Of a DNA stretch of 64,000 bases, positions 10,465 to 20,099 are shown piece by piece (position 1 is the first letter of the stretch; each line of letters opens with the position of its first letter). This DNA comes from Microcoleus sp. Its GTDB lineage: Bacteria; Cyanobacteriota; Cyanobacteriia; Cyanobacteriales; Microcoleaceae. The stretch covers positions 32,001-96,000 of the forward strand of contig JAYFMW010000005.1 in the NCBI GenBank assembly GCA_042408215.1, in the 5' to 3' direction. The notes beneath the pieces were generated by a model. It searched no databases. It was not told the DNA's origin and saw nothing but the letters and a program-made list of their open reading frames with translations. The translations under genes were made by a program, and so were the position numbers.

Positions 10465-10483
10465 CTAATTGGGAATCTATGCT

Positions 10484-10725
10484 CTTGTCCCCCCCTTCTT
10501 AAGGGGGGCTAGGGGGGATCTCCGGGTTTCAAAAAAGGGGAGTAGGGGTTGACTTTGACTGCTCTTGTCCCACCCCTACTCCCCTGAAAAAGGGGAGTAG
10601 GGGTTGACTTTGACTGCTCTTGTCCCACCCCTCTACTCCCCTGAAAAAGGGGGAGTAGGGGTTGACTTTGACTGCTCTTGTCCCCCCCTTCTTAAGGGGG
10701 GCTAGGGGGGATCTCCGGGTTTCAA
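10484..10725. repeat. Cluster of CCCCCCTTCTTAAGGGGGG / CCCTACTCCCC...GGGGAGTAGGGG hairpin repeats between convergent genes
   Basis: Repeated units visible directly. The same family occurs at ~17160-17305, 21657-21895, 33190-33355, 41390-41470 and 55872-55970. Confidence 0.8.
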
Positions 10726-10743
10726 CCGCCGAATGAAACCGCC

Positions 10744-12267
10744 TCATCTTCCCCTCTTAAATTTAGCTAGAATATTCTTGAAATTGGCCAATAACAAAAC
10801 CCAACCCCAAACCGCAACACCCGCACCAATACTAATCAACAACACCAACACAAAAGGATGAATTTCTACCTTAATTAAAGGCCAATAAAACTTCTGACTA
10901 GGTGCATCTTGCTTGATGAAATAAGGAGCACTGCTGGCTACCACACCCGCCGCCCCCAAACCAAAACCTACAGCTTGAATTGTTACCTCTAGTTTCGCAT
11001 CCCGATAAGCTTCCTCGATCGCCACAATAGCTCGAATTGCCTCCGTTGCTTGCTCTAGCAACCCCGAACCATGTTTGAAATAGCCTAAATCAGCTTGAAT
11101 CTGCCTTTGAAACTGCGGGCAAGTTTCTTTACTGAATACTTCGAGAAAACTTAAATCGGCATCACTACCATTATACTTTTTAGCTGCTTTGATGTCAAGA
11201 CTTATTTGATTTAATTTATCCTGGTAATTTTGGGCATTAATGGCGATCGTATTTTGCCTAAACTCCAAATCAATCAGCATTCGGGCATACTTCACAGCCC
11301 GTGGCGGCATCTCAATCATCTGACTTGCCAGATATTCTAATTCCTCCTCCTTTAAACCAACACCTTTCGAGTGTCGCTGCTGAGATTGATCCCGCTGCAA
11401 ATACTTAAAAGTCTTGTCAATATCCAGTTCAATTTGTTTATATTCCTCGCGAATCACCGCGTAAAGTTTGCGGCTATCGCGATAAGCCCGAAGAATCTTA
11501 TTTCGGTACAAAAACAAATCCATAAAATCACTATAGCGCGTCTCATCCCAGATTTCATCAGTTACCGAACTGTTGAAAAACCAGACAAGAATGTGACTGT
11601 TACCATCTAGCTGACTCGGATTCCCGTACTCCAAAATCGGACTACCAAACAACTCGCCTTGACGGTAAAAATCCGGCAGATTTTGACCATAAATAAACTT
11701 TTCCAAACACTGTTTACCTAAACCTTTGAGAAACTGCGAATCAGCCCGCGCAGCCTGATTTTGTTCCACACTCAGCCAAGCCGTAAGCAGCAGAGTTTGC
11801 CCGAAATAACTCTGCACAAAATCCGGCAACAAGCAGTTATCAGCATTAAACTCTCGGAAGATGCTAACATCGACAGCAGGAGTTTTAATGCCGTTAAGTT
11901 TTTCGGGAACAAAAATTTTTAAACCCAGGGCATAGCTATCATCAATTCGCATCGGTAGGGCAAAACCCTTGAGAGTAATTGGCTGATTTTCAACCGAAAT
12001 CTCCTTAGTAAAAGCCAGAGAATTGCGATTCTCAACAACTTGTTTATTAATCAGGTTAACTCGCCAGCCTACCGGTTCATCTTTTTTGTCCAAATAGCAG
12101 CCATTAAATCCTGTACCCACTGCTAATTTAGCCTGCAAAATCTCATCGCACTTCTGCCACAAAGTTACTAATTCCACAGAGGAATTAGACTCTGATTCTA
12201 GGGCGTTGCAGAGGTGAAAAGCAAATAAATAGACATTCGGGGCATAGATTTTGCTACTTTGAGTCAT
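10744..12267 (-). CDS. Hypothetical protein with long helical region and two C-terminal TM helices
   Basis: Start MTQSSKIYAPN overlaps the upstream gene's 3' end. TMs: IQAVGFGLGAAGVVAS and FVLVLLISIGAGVAVWGWVLLL. Confidence 0.8.
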   Translation of the reverse strand: MTQSSKIYAPNVYLFAFHLCNALESESNSSVELVTLWQKCDEILQAKLAVGTGFNGCYLDKKDEPVGWRVNLINKQVVENRNSLAFTKEISVENQPITLKGFALPMRIDDSYALGLKIFVPEKLNGIKTPAVDVSIFREFNADNCLLPDFVQSYFGQTLLLTAWLSVEQNQAARADSQFLKGLGKQCLEKFIYGQNLPDFYRQGELFGSPILEYGNPSQLDGNSHILVWFFNSSVTDEIWDETRYSDFMDLFLYRNKILRAYRDSRKLYAVIREEYKQIELDIDKTFKYLQRDQSQQRHSKGVGLKEEELEYLASQMIEMPPRAVKYARMLIDLEFRQNTIAINAQNYQDKLNQISLDIKAAKKYNGSDADLSFLEVFSKETCPQFQRQIQADLGYFKHGSGLLEQATEAIRAIVAIEEAYRDAKLEVTIQAVGFGLGAAGVVASSAPYFIKQDAPSQKFYWPLIKVEIHPFVLVLLISIGAGVAVWGWVLLLANFKNILAKFKRGR

Positions 12268-12616
12268 TGCTGGTATCTGATTGATTATATGCGTCGATTT
12301 TTTGAAGTTTTTTGTAGCTATCTTCAATGCTTTTACGCAGGGTTTGAGTGATATTAGTTAGCGGCTGCATTGTACTTGGGGTCGGTTCCCCCGCATCCTC
12401 GAAATCTTTCCGCAGACTATCTCTTAATGTGTCTACCAATCCATGATTCGCGCACCACTTGCTGATAGTGAAAGCAATGGGAAACAATTCATCATCTGCG
12501 GATTCTGCTATTTCTTCCTCTAATTCTGGTAAATCTTGCCATGCTGTCGGCGTGAAGATACTCGGATTTTCGCCCAGCCATTTGAGAAAGAGAATGATAA
12601 CTTTGTCAGGTTCCAT
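12254..12616 (-). CDS. Small acidic hypothetical protein (120 aa)
   Basis: ATG at 12616 with GGAGG RBS. Overlaps the downstream gene by 14 nt. Confidence 0.75.
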   Translation of the reverse strand: MEPDKVIILFLKWLGENPSIFTPTAWQDLPELEEEIAESADDELFPIAFTISKWCANHGLVDTLRDSLRKDFEDAGEPTPSTMQPLTNITQTLRKSIEDSYKKLQKIDAYNQSDTSNDSK

Positions 12617-12650
12617 AGTAATTCCTCCCGTGATTAAAAAAAATACATTC

Positions 12651-12817
12651 GTAGGGGCGGGTTTCACCAACCATAATCGCCTGAAACAAACAATCTCAAA
12701 AACCCGCCCAACCCAACCAACAATCATCATCTACATTTTAACACCTATAGTTGTGGGGGGGCGGGTTTATATAGATTGTTGGTAATCGTTATATATTGTT
12801 GGTGAACCCGCCCCTAC
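12651..12817. repeat. GTAG-type REP-like palindromes
   Basis: gtaggggcgggttt...aaacccgccc and gggcgggttt...gaacccgcccctac. Confidence 0.65.
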
Positions 12818-14644
12818 TTAATATCCCGTCGCGCAGAATGCCGCCCAATATTTCGGATCGCGAAACGGCTGTTCCTCCCTCGAACATATTAACCACAATT
12901 CCACACTTTGTCTAGATTTATTATCTAAATTTAACAATCCTACCCAAATTATAAAATCCTCCCGACTAACAGCGCGCATCCAGTTTTGCGCCGCATTCAA
13001 AGCAACGGCGACCGAAATTTTCCTTGCCAATTCCTGATAAAATTTAATCATCAAAATTGCCGTCGCAAAATCATCGACAGCCCACAGACTGCTGACAACA
13101 TTCATGCTGCCGGCATACAAGAAACCGCTGGGTAAACCAATGTACTCATCCGTCATTGCGGTTGAGGTGGTTAACCCCGTTTCGCAGGCGGAAAGTGTGA
13201 CGAGACTGCATTGCGGTAACTGCAATTCCGCAAAGATTTCTCGCAAGGTTAGGCATTTTTCTGGGATGGCTTTTCTGCCGCTGCGTAGGGTGACGTAGCG
13301 CTTGGTTTCTAGCCCCTCTTCTAGCCCCCCGTTAGCAAAGGCGTTTTCTTCTCTTAGCCCCCCCTTACTAAGGGGGGGTTGGGGGGGGTTAATTTCTAAT
13401 ATTGGTTCCAGGGAATCGGCTAACACTAGAGATGACAGCAACGGATAGTCAAAGTTGAAAACGCCGTGACAGGAAAAGTGCAGGTAGCTGGCATTTGAGA
13501 GGTTTTCTCGGTTTTCGTTGAGGGCGATTTTTGTGGCTTGTTTTTTGAGTAATATTTGATGCAAGTCGAATCTAATTTTGATGGTTTCTACTTCCATATC
13601 CGCGTTGAATAAGTCTTCGGTGGGATTCTGGAGTGCGAATAGTTGTTGCTGATTTTGTGCGGTGGATTTTCTGGTGGTGATGCGATTTTTTACGAGTTCC
13701 AGCAATTGCAAGCTGGGGGCGTATTTTACGCCGTCTGGGAAGCCGTCGAGGAGGTAGCCGCGAAAGTTAGTTTTTTGTTTAAATCGGGTTTCTGAGGTGA
13801 ATTGGAGGGCGTGGAGGGGGAATAAATGCAGGTAGCGGTGGGGGACTAAGGTTAGTTGTTTGCAGGTTTCGGGGATTTGGGCGGCTATTTCGTTTAGGCG
13901 CAGGATTTCTGAGAGTTTTTCGAGTTTTTGGGAGAGGGTGTTTTGCCAGGTTGTGATGGTCTTTTTGTTGCGGTATTCGTCGAGATAGTCGTTTTTCCAA
14001 GTTTCTAATTCGGCTATTTCGGCTGTGGTATATGTGACTAATTCTATGTTGTTGCGGGTGATGATAAATGCAGATCCTCCCCAGCTATTATCGGAGTTGG
14101 AGTTGTTGGTGGTGATGCTGGGATCTGATCCCCCCCGGCCCCCCTTAAGAAGGGGGGAGTTGGAGTTGGGGTTGGAGTTGTTGGTGGTGATGCTGGGATC
14201 TGATCCCCCCCGGCCCCCCTTAAGAAGGGGGGAGTTGGAGTTGGAGTTGGGGTTGGGGTTGTTGGTGGTGATGCTGGGATCTGATCCCCCCCAGCCCCCC
14301 TTAAGAAGGGGGGGGTTGGAGTTGGAGTTGGGGTTGCCGATGTACCATTCTATGATTGCTGTTTCGGTGTCTAAGGTTTGTTGGAATTTGGTGATGTCGA
14401 TGGGTTCGACTTTTTGAGTTAGGGTGAATTCTGGTTCTCGTTGTTTTATCTGTTCCAGCAATTGTGCTAGTTGCTGTGATGTTGTTTCTAATTTGTCTTT
14501 TTGTTGTTGGAAAGATTCGGGGCTGAGACTGCGGGTTTGTGTTGTGCGTTTTCCGCCGGAAATTCCGGTTTCTCCACTGTTTTCGGGGGGAAGAGATGGG
14601 GTTTCTGTGTCTAGGAATTGTCGGGCGGCGATTTGGTGGCGCAA
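12818..14644 (-). CDS. CHAT (caspase HetF-associated) protease domain protein, probably 5'-truncated
   Basis: LVPHRYLHLFPLHAL, catalytic LHFSCHG and LSACETG, VSSLWAVDD, YWAAF. TTG start with an in-frame TAG just upstream. No TPR region. Confidence 0.85.
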   Translation of the reverse strand: MRHQIAARQFLDTETPSLPPENSGETGISGGKRTTQTRSLSPESFQQQKDKLETTSQQLAQLLEQIKQREPEFTLTQKVEPIDITKFQQTLDTETAIIEWYIGNPNSNSNPPLLKGGWGGSDPSITTNNPNPNSNSNSPLLKGGRGGSDPSITTNNSNPNSNSPLLKGGRGGSDPSITTNNSNSDNSWGGSAFIITRNNIELVTYTTAEIAELETWKNDYLDEYRNKKTITTWQNTLSQKLEKLSEILRLNEIAAQIPETCKQLTLVPHRYLHLFPLHALQFTSETRFKQKTNFRGYLLDGFPDGVKYAPSLQLLELVKNRITTRKSTAQNQQQLFALQNPTEDLFNADMEVETIKIRFDLHQILLKKQATKIALNENRENLSNASYLHFSCHGVFNFDYPLLSSLVLADSLEPILEINPPQPPLSKGGLREENAFANGGLEEGLETKRYVTLRSGRKAIPEKCLTLREIFAELQLPQCSLVTLSACETGLTTSTAMTDEYIGLPSGFLYAGSMNVVSSLWAVDDFATAILMIKFYQELARKISVAVALNAAQNWMRAVSREDFIIWVGLLNLDNKSRQSVELWLICSREEQPFRDPKYWAAFCATGY

Positions 14645-14732
14645 GTTTGTTAGTTGCTGTTTCTCGGTGTCGCTGCACTACCCATGTTTGGGATATTTTA
14701 CATTGTTTGTGGGGGGAAAACAACAACGAAGG

Positions 14733-15255
14733 GTTTCTGGCCACCACCCGTGAGTTCCAAGAAACCGGGTTTTTCTCCCAAATCTGCGACTGTAACCAAG
14801 TATCTCGCAAAAACCCGGTTTCTGGTCACCACCCGTGAGCTCCAAGAAACCGGGTTTTTCTCCCAAATCTGCGACTGTAACCAAGTATCTCGCAAAAACC
14901 CGGTTTCTGGCCACCACCCGTGAGCTCCAAGAAACCGGGTTTTTCTCCCAAATTTGCGACTGTAACCAAGTATCTCGCAAAAACCCGGTTTCTGGCCACC
15001 ACCCGTGAGCTCCAAGAAACCGGGTTTTTCTCCCAAATTTGCGACTGTAACCAAGTATCTCGCAAAAACCCGGTTTCTGGCCACCACCCGTGAGCTCCAA
15101 GAAACCGGGTTTTTCTCCCAAATCTGCGACTGTAACCAAGTATCTCGCAAAAACCCGGTTTCTGGCCACCACCCGTGAGCTCCAAGAAACCGGGTTTTTC
15201 TCCCAAATCTGCGACTGTAACCAAGTATCTCGCAAAAACCCGGTTTCTGGCCACC
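14733..15255. repeat. 85-bp near-perfect tandem repeat, ~6 copies
   Basis: gaaaccgggt at 14761, 14846, 14931, 15016, 15101 and 15186. Variant of the palindromic element family. Confidence 0.95.
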
Positions 15256-15280
15256 TGTCAACAGTCAACAATCAACAAAC

Positions 15281-15314
15281 AAAAAAAAGATGCTGCCTTT
15301 CCGTCGAGGGCAGC
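15281..15314 (-). terminator. Rho-independent terminator
   Basis: Minus strand reads GCTGCCCTCGACGGAAAGGCAGC, then ATC and a T-run, downstream of 15356-15553. Confidence 0.55.
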
Positions 15315-15355
15315 TACTTCAGTAAAGCATTTTATTGTCTCTCAAAAATTCTAGA

Positions 15356-15553
15356 TTAACCTTCAGACGTTCCCGATTTATTCGGTAGTTGCAAGTCATC
15401 TGGATCAACATAATGACAAACTGCTTTGTCTATACAAATCAAAGCCCAACCAGATCTATCTATACTCATCAGCTTGTAAGATGCTGGCTGAATAAAGAAA
15501 CCTTTGTGATTGCGAGTTGCTGGTTTGATATTAACGTGGTTCTCAGCGATCAT
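15356..15553 (-). CDS. Small hypothetical protein (65 aa)
   Basis: ATG with AGGAG RBS upstream and a terminator downstream. Confidence 0.65.
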   Translation of the reverse strand: MIAENHVNIKPATRNHKGFFIQPASYKLMSIDRSGWALICIDKAVCHYVDPDDLQLPNKSGTSEG

Positions 15554-16130
15554 AGTCTTAAAACTCCTGGTACTGTTTGTTAACTAAGCCTGTACTGATA
15601 CTTTTAATTGGGACAATCTCCGACAATCTGAGACAATCCAAATATAGCAATCCTATTGCAAGGATTGGTGGTATCCCACAAAGCTATTGCCGTGAGACAA
15701 TAGCGCTTTTTAATGTCTTAGACACCTGCAAACATTCAGGACTACGCCTATAAATAGGTACGCCTGTATTTGCTGGTAGCCGAACAAGCTTTCGCGGTTA
15801 GTGACTTTCGTAGTCCCAAGTTGCTTAGGTCTTTTAAGCCGAACCATTGGTTTCTGACTTATCTAAGTTTACCAGAGCAGCGCGATTTTTTGGGAAAGTA
15901 TTTGTTAAACACAATTACTTACATTGTTGGGCTTATTACGGGAAAGTCGGGGAAATAGTCGTCCTAGTAACTGCTCCGCCGATCGAACTTGTGAATCGTC
16001 TAAGTCTTCAAATACTAGCACTGCTATTCTGAGATTTCCATAAAGTTATTTATTGATTTGTTACGACATCGTAATAAATCCCCAAGCCGATTTCCGCGAT
16101 CCCCGCGCAAAAATCGACTGGTTTCCGTGG

Positions 16131-16547
16131 CTAGGGCTCAAACAGCCATTGCTGAACGCGGGTGAGACTCTTCCAGTCCGGTTTTCTGCTTAACCCATCT
16201 TCAAAATTCTTTTTAACTTCTTCGAGCAACTCTTCGGAAGCCATCAGGATTTGCTGAGCTACTTCTACATGAGGCCGCACGCCTTTTTCTTTGAGGTCGA
16301 GGATTGCTACTGCTAGGTTGATCCGGGCTTGGGGGTCGTGAGGGTTCAATTTAACGGCTGTTTTAGCTGCCTTTTGAGCTGATGCGGGTTTTTCTTCCAA
16401 TAGGTAGAGCCACGCGAGGCTAGCCCAAGCATTGCCGTTTTTGGGAGCGCTAGCGCACACTTCTTTGAACAGGGGAATCAAATCTTTGGGGGCTTCGCCT
16501 GCTTGGTAGCGATCGAAACCTTCTTTAAACAATTCTTCAGGAGTCAT
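16131..16547 (-). CDS. TPR-containing protein
   Basis: MTPEELFKEGFDRY..., AWASLAWLYL and AVKLNPHDPQARINLA. Lies directly downstream of iscA. Confidence 0.8.
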   Translation of the reverse strand: MTPEELFKEGFDRYQAGEAPKDLIPLFKEVCASAPKNGNAWASLAWLYLLEEKPASAQKAAKTAVKLNPHDPQARINLAVAILDLKEKGVRPHVEVAQQILMASEELLEEVKKNFEDGLSRKPDWKSLTRVQQWLFEP

Positions 16548-16632
16548 TCGATTTTGGATTTTGGATTTGGAATTTTGGATTGGAAAGGGCATGGGGTAAT
16601 TTAAAACTCTTGCCCCATGCCCAATTTTCAGG

Positions 16633-16986
16633 TTATGTAGAAAAAGAACTGCCACAGCCGCAAGTTTGAGTAGCGTTGGGGTTGGTAAACTGAAAGCCGC
16701 CACCGATCATGGCGTCGCTGAAGTCCAGCACCAAACCGTAGAGATAGAGAATGCTCTTGCGATCGCAAACTACCTGAAAGCCTTCGTAATCGAACACTTC
16801 ATCGTCAGATTTGACAGTGCTCGGATCTGCGAAATCCATCACGTAAGACATACCAGAGCAGCCGCCCTGCCGCACCCCTACCCGCAAGCAGAGGTCTTTA
16901 CCTTGTCTTTCTCTCAGGGCTAAAACTTGACGGACTGCGGAGTCCGTCATTTGAATGCCCCGCTTTTGTGAAATGGCTTGAGTCAT
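16633..16986 (-). CDS. iscA: A-type Fe-S cluster assembly accessory protein (IscA/SufA/HesB)
   Basis: GGCSGMSY and NPNATQTCGCGSSF motifs. Confidence 0.93.
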   Translation of the reverse strand: MTQAISQKRGIQMTDSAVRQVLALRERQGKDLCLRVGVRQGGCSGMSYVMDFADPSTVKSDDEVFDYEGFQVVCDRKSILYLYGLVLDFSDAMIGGGFQFTNPNATQTCGCGSSFST

Positions 16987-17418
16987 GGTTTGCCGAACTC
17001 CTGATACTCTGCAATGGTAAGAGTTTAATCTTATCCATCCATTGTACAGGACTCCCGAAGGCTTCTGCTGTTGAGGGCCGCGCCTGCGGGAGCCTGGTTG
17101 AATTTTGGGCGTAGCGAAGCATCGAGGGACACTCTCTCGTTTGTATCGAAGTCTAGATCCCCCTCCCATCCCCCTGATAGTCGGGGAGTAGGGGGTGACT
17201 TTGAGAGAACGCTCTTGTCCCACACCCCCTACTCCCCTACTCCCCTGATAGTCGGGGAGTAGGGGGTATCTCCGGGGAAAGAAAATACGTCCTAGGGGGG
17301 GATCGAGTTCCCATTCCGCAATCCCTTCCCCCTCCCTTCCCCATAGGGTTTATGATTGAGAAGCAGTGGTTGACATGACCAGCACTGCAACCATGCTTTA
17401 CCCAACGGGCTTACTCTA

Positions 17419-19056
17419 ATGGCAGCGCTGAATCGCTCTACTCTTCGTCGGCTACAAAACTTACCTCAAATTCCCAGCGTGTGGGAGGGCGATCGCCGAC
17501 CCTTATCTAATGCTGACTCACACATGATGCTAGAGGACGATGACGATCCTGAAGCTGGTGGCGAGTGCATTCTCTGGGTGGATGGCTCCGAAGGAGTCGT
17601 GAGGGCTATGGATATGGTAGGCCCAGATGCCGGCCCAGAGGCGATCGTCCGGGCCCTGCTACGCGCTATGGAACATCCCCAAAGTCCGGCTCCCGCAGTC
17701 CGTCCCCAAAAAATAGTAGTTAAAAACCGAGAAATTCAATTTTACTTGCGGGGCATACTTCAAGATTTAGGGATTGCGATCGACTACGTGCCGGAATTGC
17801 CCCTAATTGACGAAATATTTCGGGGAATGGAAGAGGTGGCTGGAACTAGGCCTCCCGAATTGCCCCCTCAGTATGCTGAAGTTTTAATGGAAAAAGCCGC
17901 TCAAATTTGGCACGACGCTCCTTGGCAGACTTTGGCCGAACACCAAATTATATCTATTGAAATTAATCAGTGGGATATCGCCACCCTTTACGTTTCAGTG
18001 TTGGGCCAGGGCAGAATGGATTACGGAGTTTTGCTGTATCGCTCCCTAGAATCCTTGAAGCGGTTTCGAGAGCGCGTCGTAAACGATAACTCTTTTGAAG
18101 ATTTAGAACAGGCTTTTTTAGGGCAAGACTGTTTGTTTCTCACCTTTGAAAGTGTCGAAGAGGTGGATGAGGATGACGAAGAAGAAATTGATTTAGCCGA
18201 TTTGCATCCATCGGAAATTGAACCGAATTTTGGCAACCTGCATCCTTTAGAAGGATTGCGATCGATTCTTTACGACGAAGAAGCCCTGACGATGTTAGTT
18301 GCTCTCGAAGCATTTCACCGCTTTTTCCGCAATAGCCGCCGCAAACTTGCAGCAGAGACATTTCCCACTCTCAGCAGCCGCTACCGCATCCCTGTTCCAG
18401 AGTCTGACACGGAAATTCAGCAAGTATCGGTTAAAGTTTCGACGATGCCTGATGTATCGGACGAATTGTGGCAGATGCTCGAAGACGAGGATGAGGATGA
18501 GGATGAATTTGAAATGCCGCTGCTGCGGGACGATTTGGTGCCACCAAATTCATTTTTGAGTCTCGGTGTCGTACCTTGGGAAACAGTGGAGTTTCTGCGT
18601 GGAAATGCACAATTTTACCAATCTGCGGAACTTGAAATTAATCCAGCCGGGGACGGTTTACCTGTGGTGATGATCCAAACTTCCCATCCGAAGGCAAAAA
18701 CTATGATTCAGGATTTGAAGGAAGCCGGAGGAGTGAAGGCAATTTGTTTTAATCCGGGCGAAGATCCTTTTCAAGATGAGCAATACGACTTGGGTATTTT
18801 GCAAGCTGAAAATAAGGAACTTTATTTGTTTGGCGAGTTTAATGAAGGCGATCCGGTGCATCAGGAAGCTCGTAAAAAGTGGGAGGATCGCTGTCAATTA
18901 ACCAAGGGTTGGTGCGGCTTGATTATTGCTAAAGGGTTGATGGGTGCTTCTCGTGGTCAGCCTCAGTTTAAGGACATGATAGCTTTGTTTGAGGTGCGGT
19001 GGCTGCCTGCTAAAGATTTAGGAATTGGGCCGCTTCAGTTGATGCCGATGTTTTGA
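17419..19056 (+). CDS. Conserved acidic cyanobacterial hypothetical protein
   Basis: 545-aa uninterrupted ORF with typical codon usage and HIP1 sites. Confidence 0.85.
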   Translation: MAALNRSTLRRLQNLPQIPSVWEGDRRPLSNADSHMMLEDDDDPEAGGECILWVDGSEGVVRAMDMVGPDAGPEAIVRALLRAMEHPQSPAPAVRPQKIVVKNREIQFYLRGILQDLGIAIDYVPELPLIDEIFRGMEEVAGTRPPELPPQYAEVLMEKAAQIWHDAPWQTLAEHQIISIEINQWDIATLYVSVLGQGRMDYGVLLYRSLESLKRFRERVVNDNSFEDLEQAFLGQDCLFLTFESVEEVDEDDEEEIDLADLHPSEIEPNFGNLHPLEGLRSILYDEEALTMLVALEAFHRFFRNSRRKLAAETFPTLSSRYRIPVPESDTEIQQVSVKVSTMPDVSDELWQMLEDEDEDEDEFEMPLLRDDLVPPNSFLSLGVVPWETVEFLRGNAQFYQSAELEINPAGDGLPVVMIQTSHPKAKTMIQDLKEAGGVKAICFNPGEDPFQDEQYDLGILQAENKELYLFGEFNEGDPVHQEARKKWEDRCQLTKGWCGLIIAKGLMGASRGQPQFKDMIALFEVRWLPAKDLGIGPLQLMPMF

Positions 19057-19059
19057 AGT

Positions 19060-19241
19060 TAGTTGACGGTTGACTGTTGACGGTTGACTGTTAACGGTTG
19101 ACTGTTGGTAGTTGGTAGTTGGCAGTTGGGAGTTGGCAGTTGGGAGTTGGCAGTTGGGAGTTGTTAATCGCTTGCGGCTGCTCATAACTAATAACTACTA
19201 ACCAATAACATTATTCAGCAGTCAACTGTCAACTGTCAACA
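19060..19241. repeat. Heptamer STRR tracts (gttgact, agttggc) with downstream inverted copies
   Basis: Visible tandem 7-mers, with cagtcaactgtcaactgtcaac as the reverse complement. Confidence 0.85.
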
Positions 19242-19274
19242 TTCATTTTTTTTAAATTTTAATTATTCAGGAGA

Positions 19275-19535
19275 ATGATTGTGTCAAATTCTAATCTAAA
19301 GCGAGAAGTGTTAGTTGCCCTTGATGCCGAATTTGCGGATAAAATCGACAAGCTTACGGATAATTGGACGGAGGCGATCGAACAAGCTCTCCGTCTCTGG
19401 TACGCTAAGCAAATAGAAGATAAGTTGCGGAAGTTTTATCAAAACCGCAGCCAAGAAGATATTGAGTTTGAGGAAGAATGGGCAACATTTGCTCAGTCAC
19501 AAATGGAAGAAATTTTAATAGAGGAAGGTCTTTGA
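19275..19535 (+). CDS. Putative antitoxin (RHH-like) of a type II TA pair
   Basis: Small acidic protein with AGGAG RBS, 4 nt upstream of the MazF-family toxin. Confidence 0.7.
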   Translation: MIVSNSNLKREVLVALDAEFADKIDKLTDNWTEAIEQALRLWYAKQIEDKLRKFYQNRSQEDIEFEEEWATFAQSQMEEILIEEGL

Positions 19536-19539
19536 TACA

Positions 19540-19896
19540 ATGACAGAAACTTATCCGCGACAAGGCGAAGTTTATCTTGTTAGAGCTTTGGGAACGATCG
19601 GAGATACCAAAAAGCGTCCTGTTGCTGTCATTTCCATAGATAGTCGCAATGAATTCAGCCGTACTGTACCGATAGTCCCTTTTACTAGCGATTTGAGAGG
19701 GGGCGAAACTCCGACTAGGGTTTTGATTCCTGCTGGTGAAGGAGGGTTAGAATCGGACTCACTGGCTGTCTGCGAACAAATTCTAGCTGTCCAAAAGACG
19801 TTTTTAGAACAAGGCCCTTATGGTCAAATTAGTGCTGTGTCTTTGGCAAGAATTCAGAGGGCGGTACAAGTGTCGATCGGCATTTACGAACTTTAA
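19540..19896 (+). CDS. PemK/MazF family endoribonuclease toxin
   Basis: PRQGEVYLV, KKRPVAVIS, IVPFTS, GGLESDSLAVCEQI motifs. Confidence 0.9.
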   Translation: MTETYPRQGEVYLVRALGTIGDTKKRPVAVISIDSRNEFSRTVPIVPFTSDLRGGETPTRVLIPAGEGGLESDSLAVCEQILAVQKTFLEQGPYGQISAVSLARIQRAVQVSIGIYEL

Positions 19897-20099
19897 TAAT
19901 ATTTCTAATATTCTAAAATTTGTTACTAAGCATCAGCCCAAAGAAACCGGGTTTTTTACCTAATCTGTCGGCTACAAGGAAGGATTGAAGTAAAAAAACC
20001 CGGTTTCTGACCATCGGTGCGTCCAGGACTAGAACTTTAATATTCCCGATCTTCTAAAATTTGTTACAATTTGTAAAAATACTGTAAAGGATAGGTAAA

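Noticed and set aside
14733..15255. CRISPR-like periodic array (also 3190-3572, 4270-4544, 6934-7503)
   Set aside because: The intervening segments are identical or near-identical rather than unique spacers, and no cas genes are present.
14539..15359. Multiple overlapping ORFs with KPGF/RNRV/ETGF motifs
   Set aside because: These are translations of the tandem repeat in several frames.
16548..17223. Long N-terminal extensions of the TPR and iscA ORFs
   Set aside because: They run through repeats or overlap neighbouring genes; the starts at 16547 and 16986 fit better.
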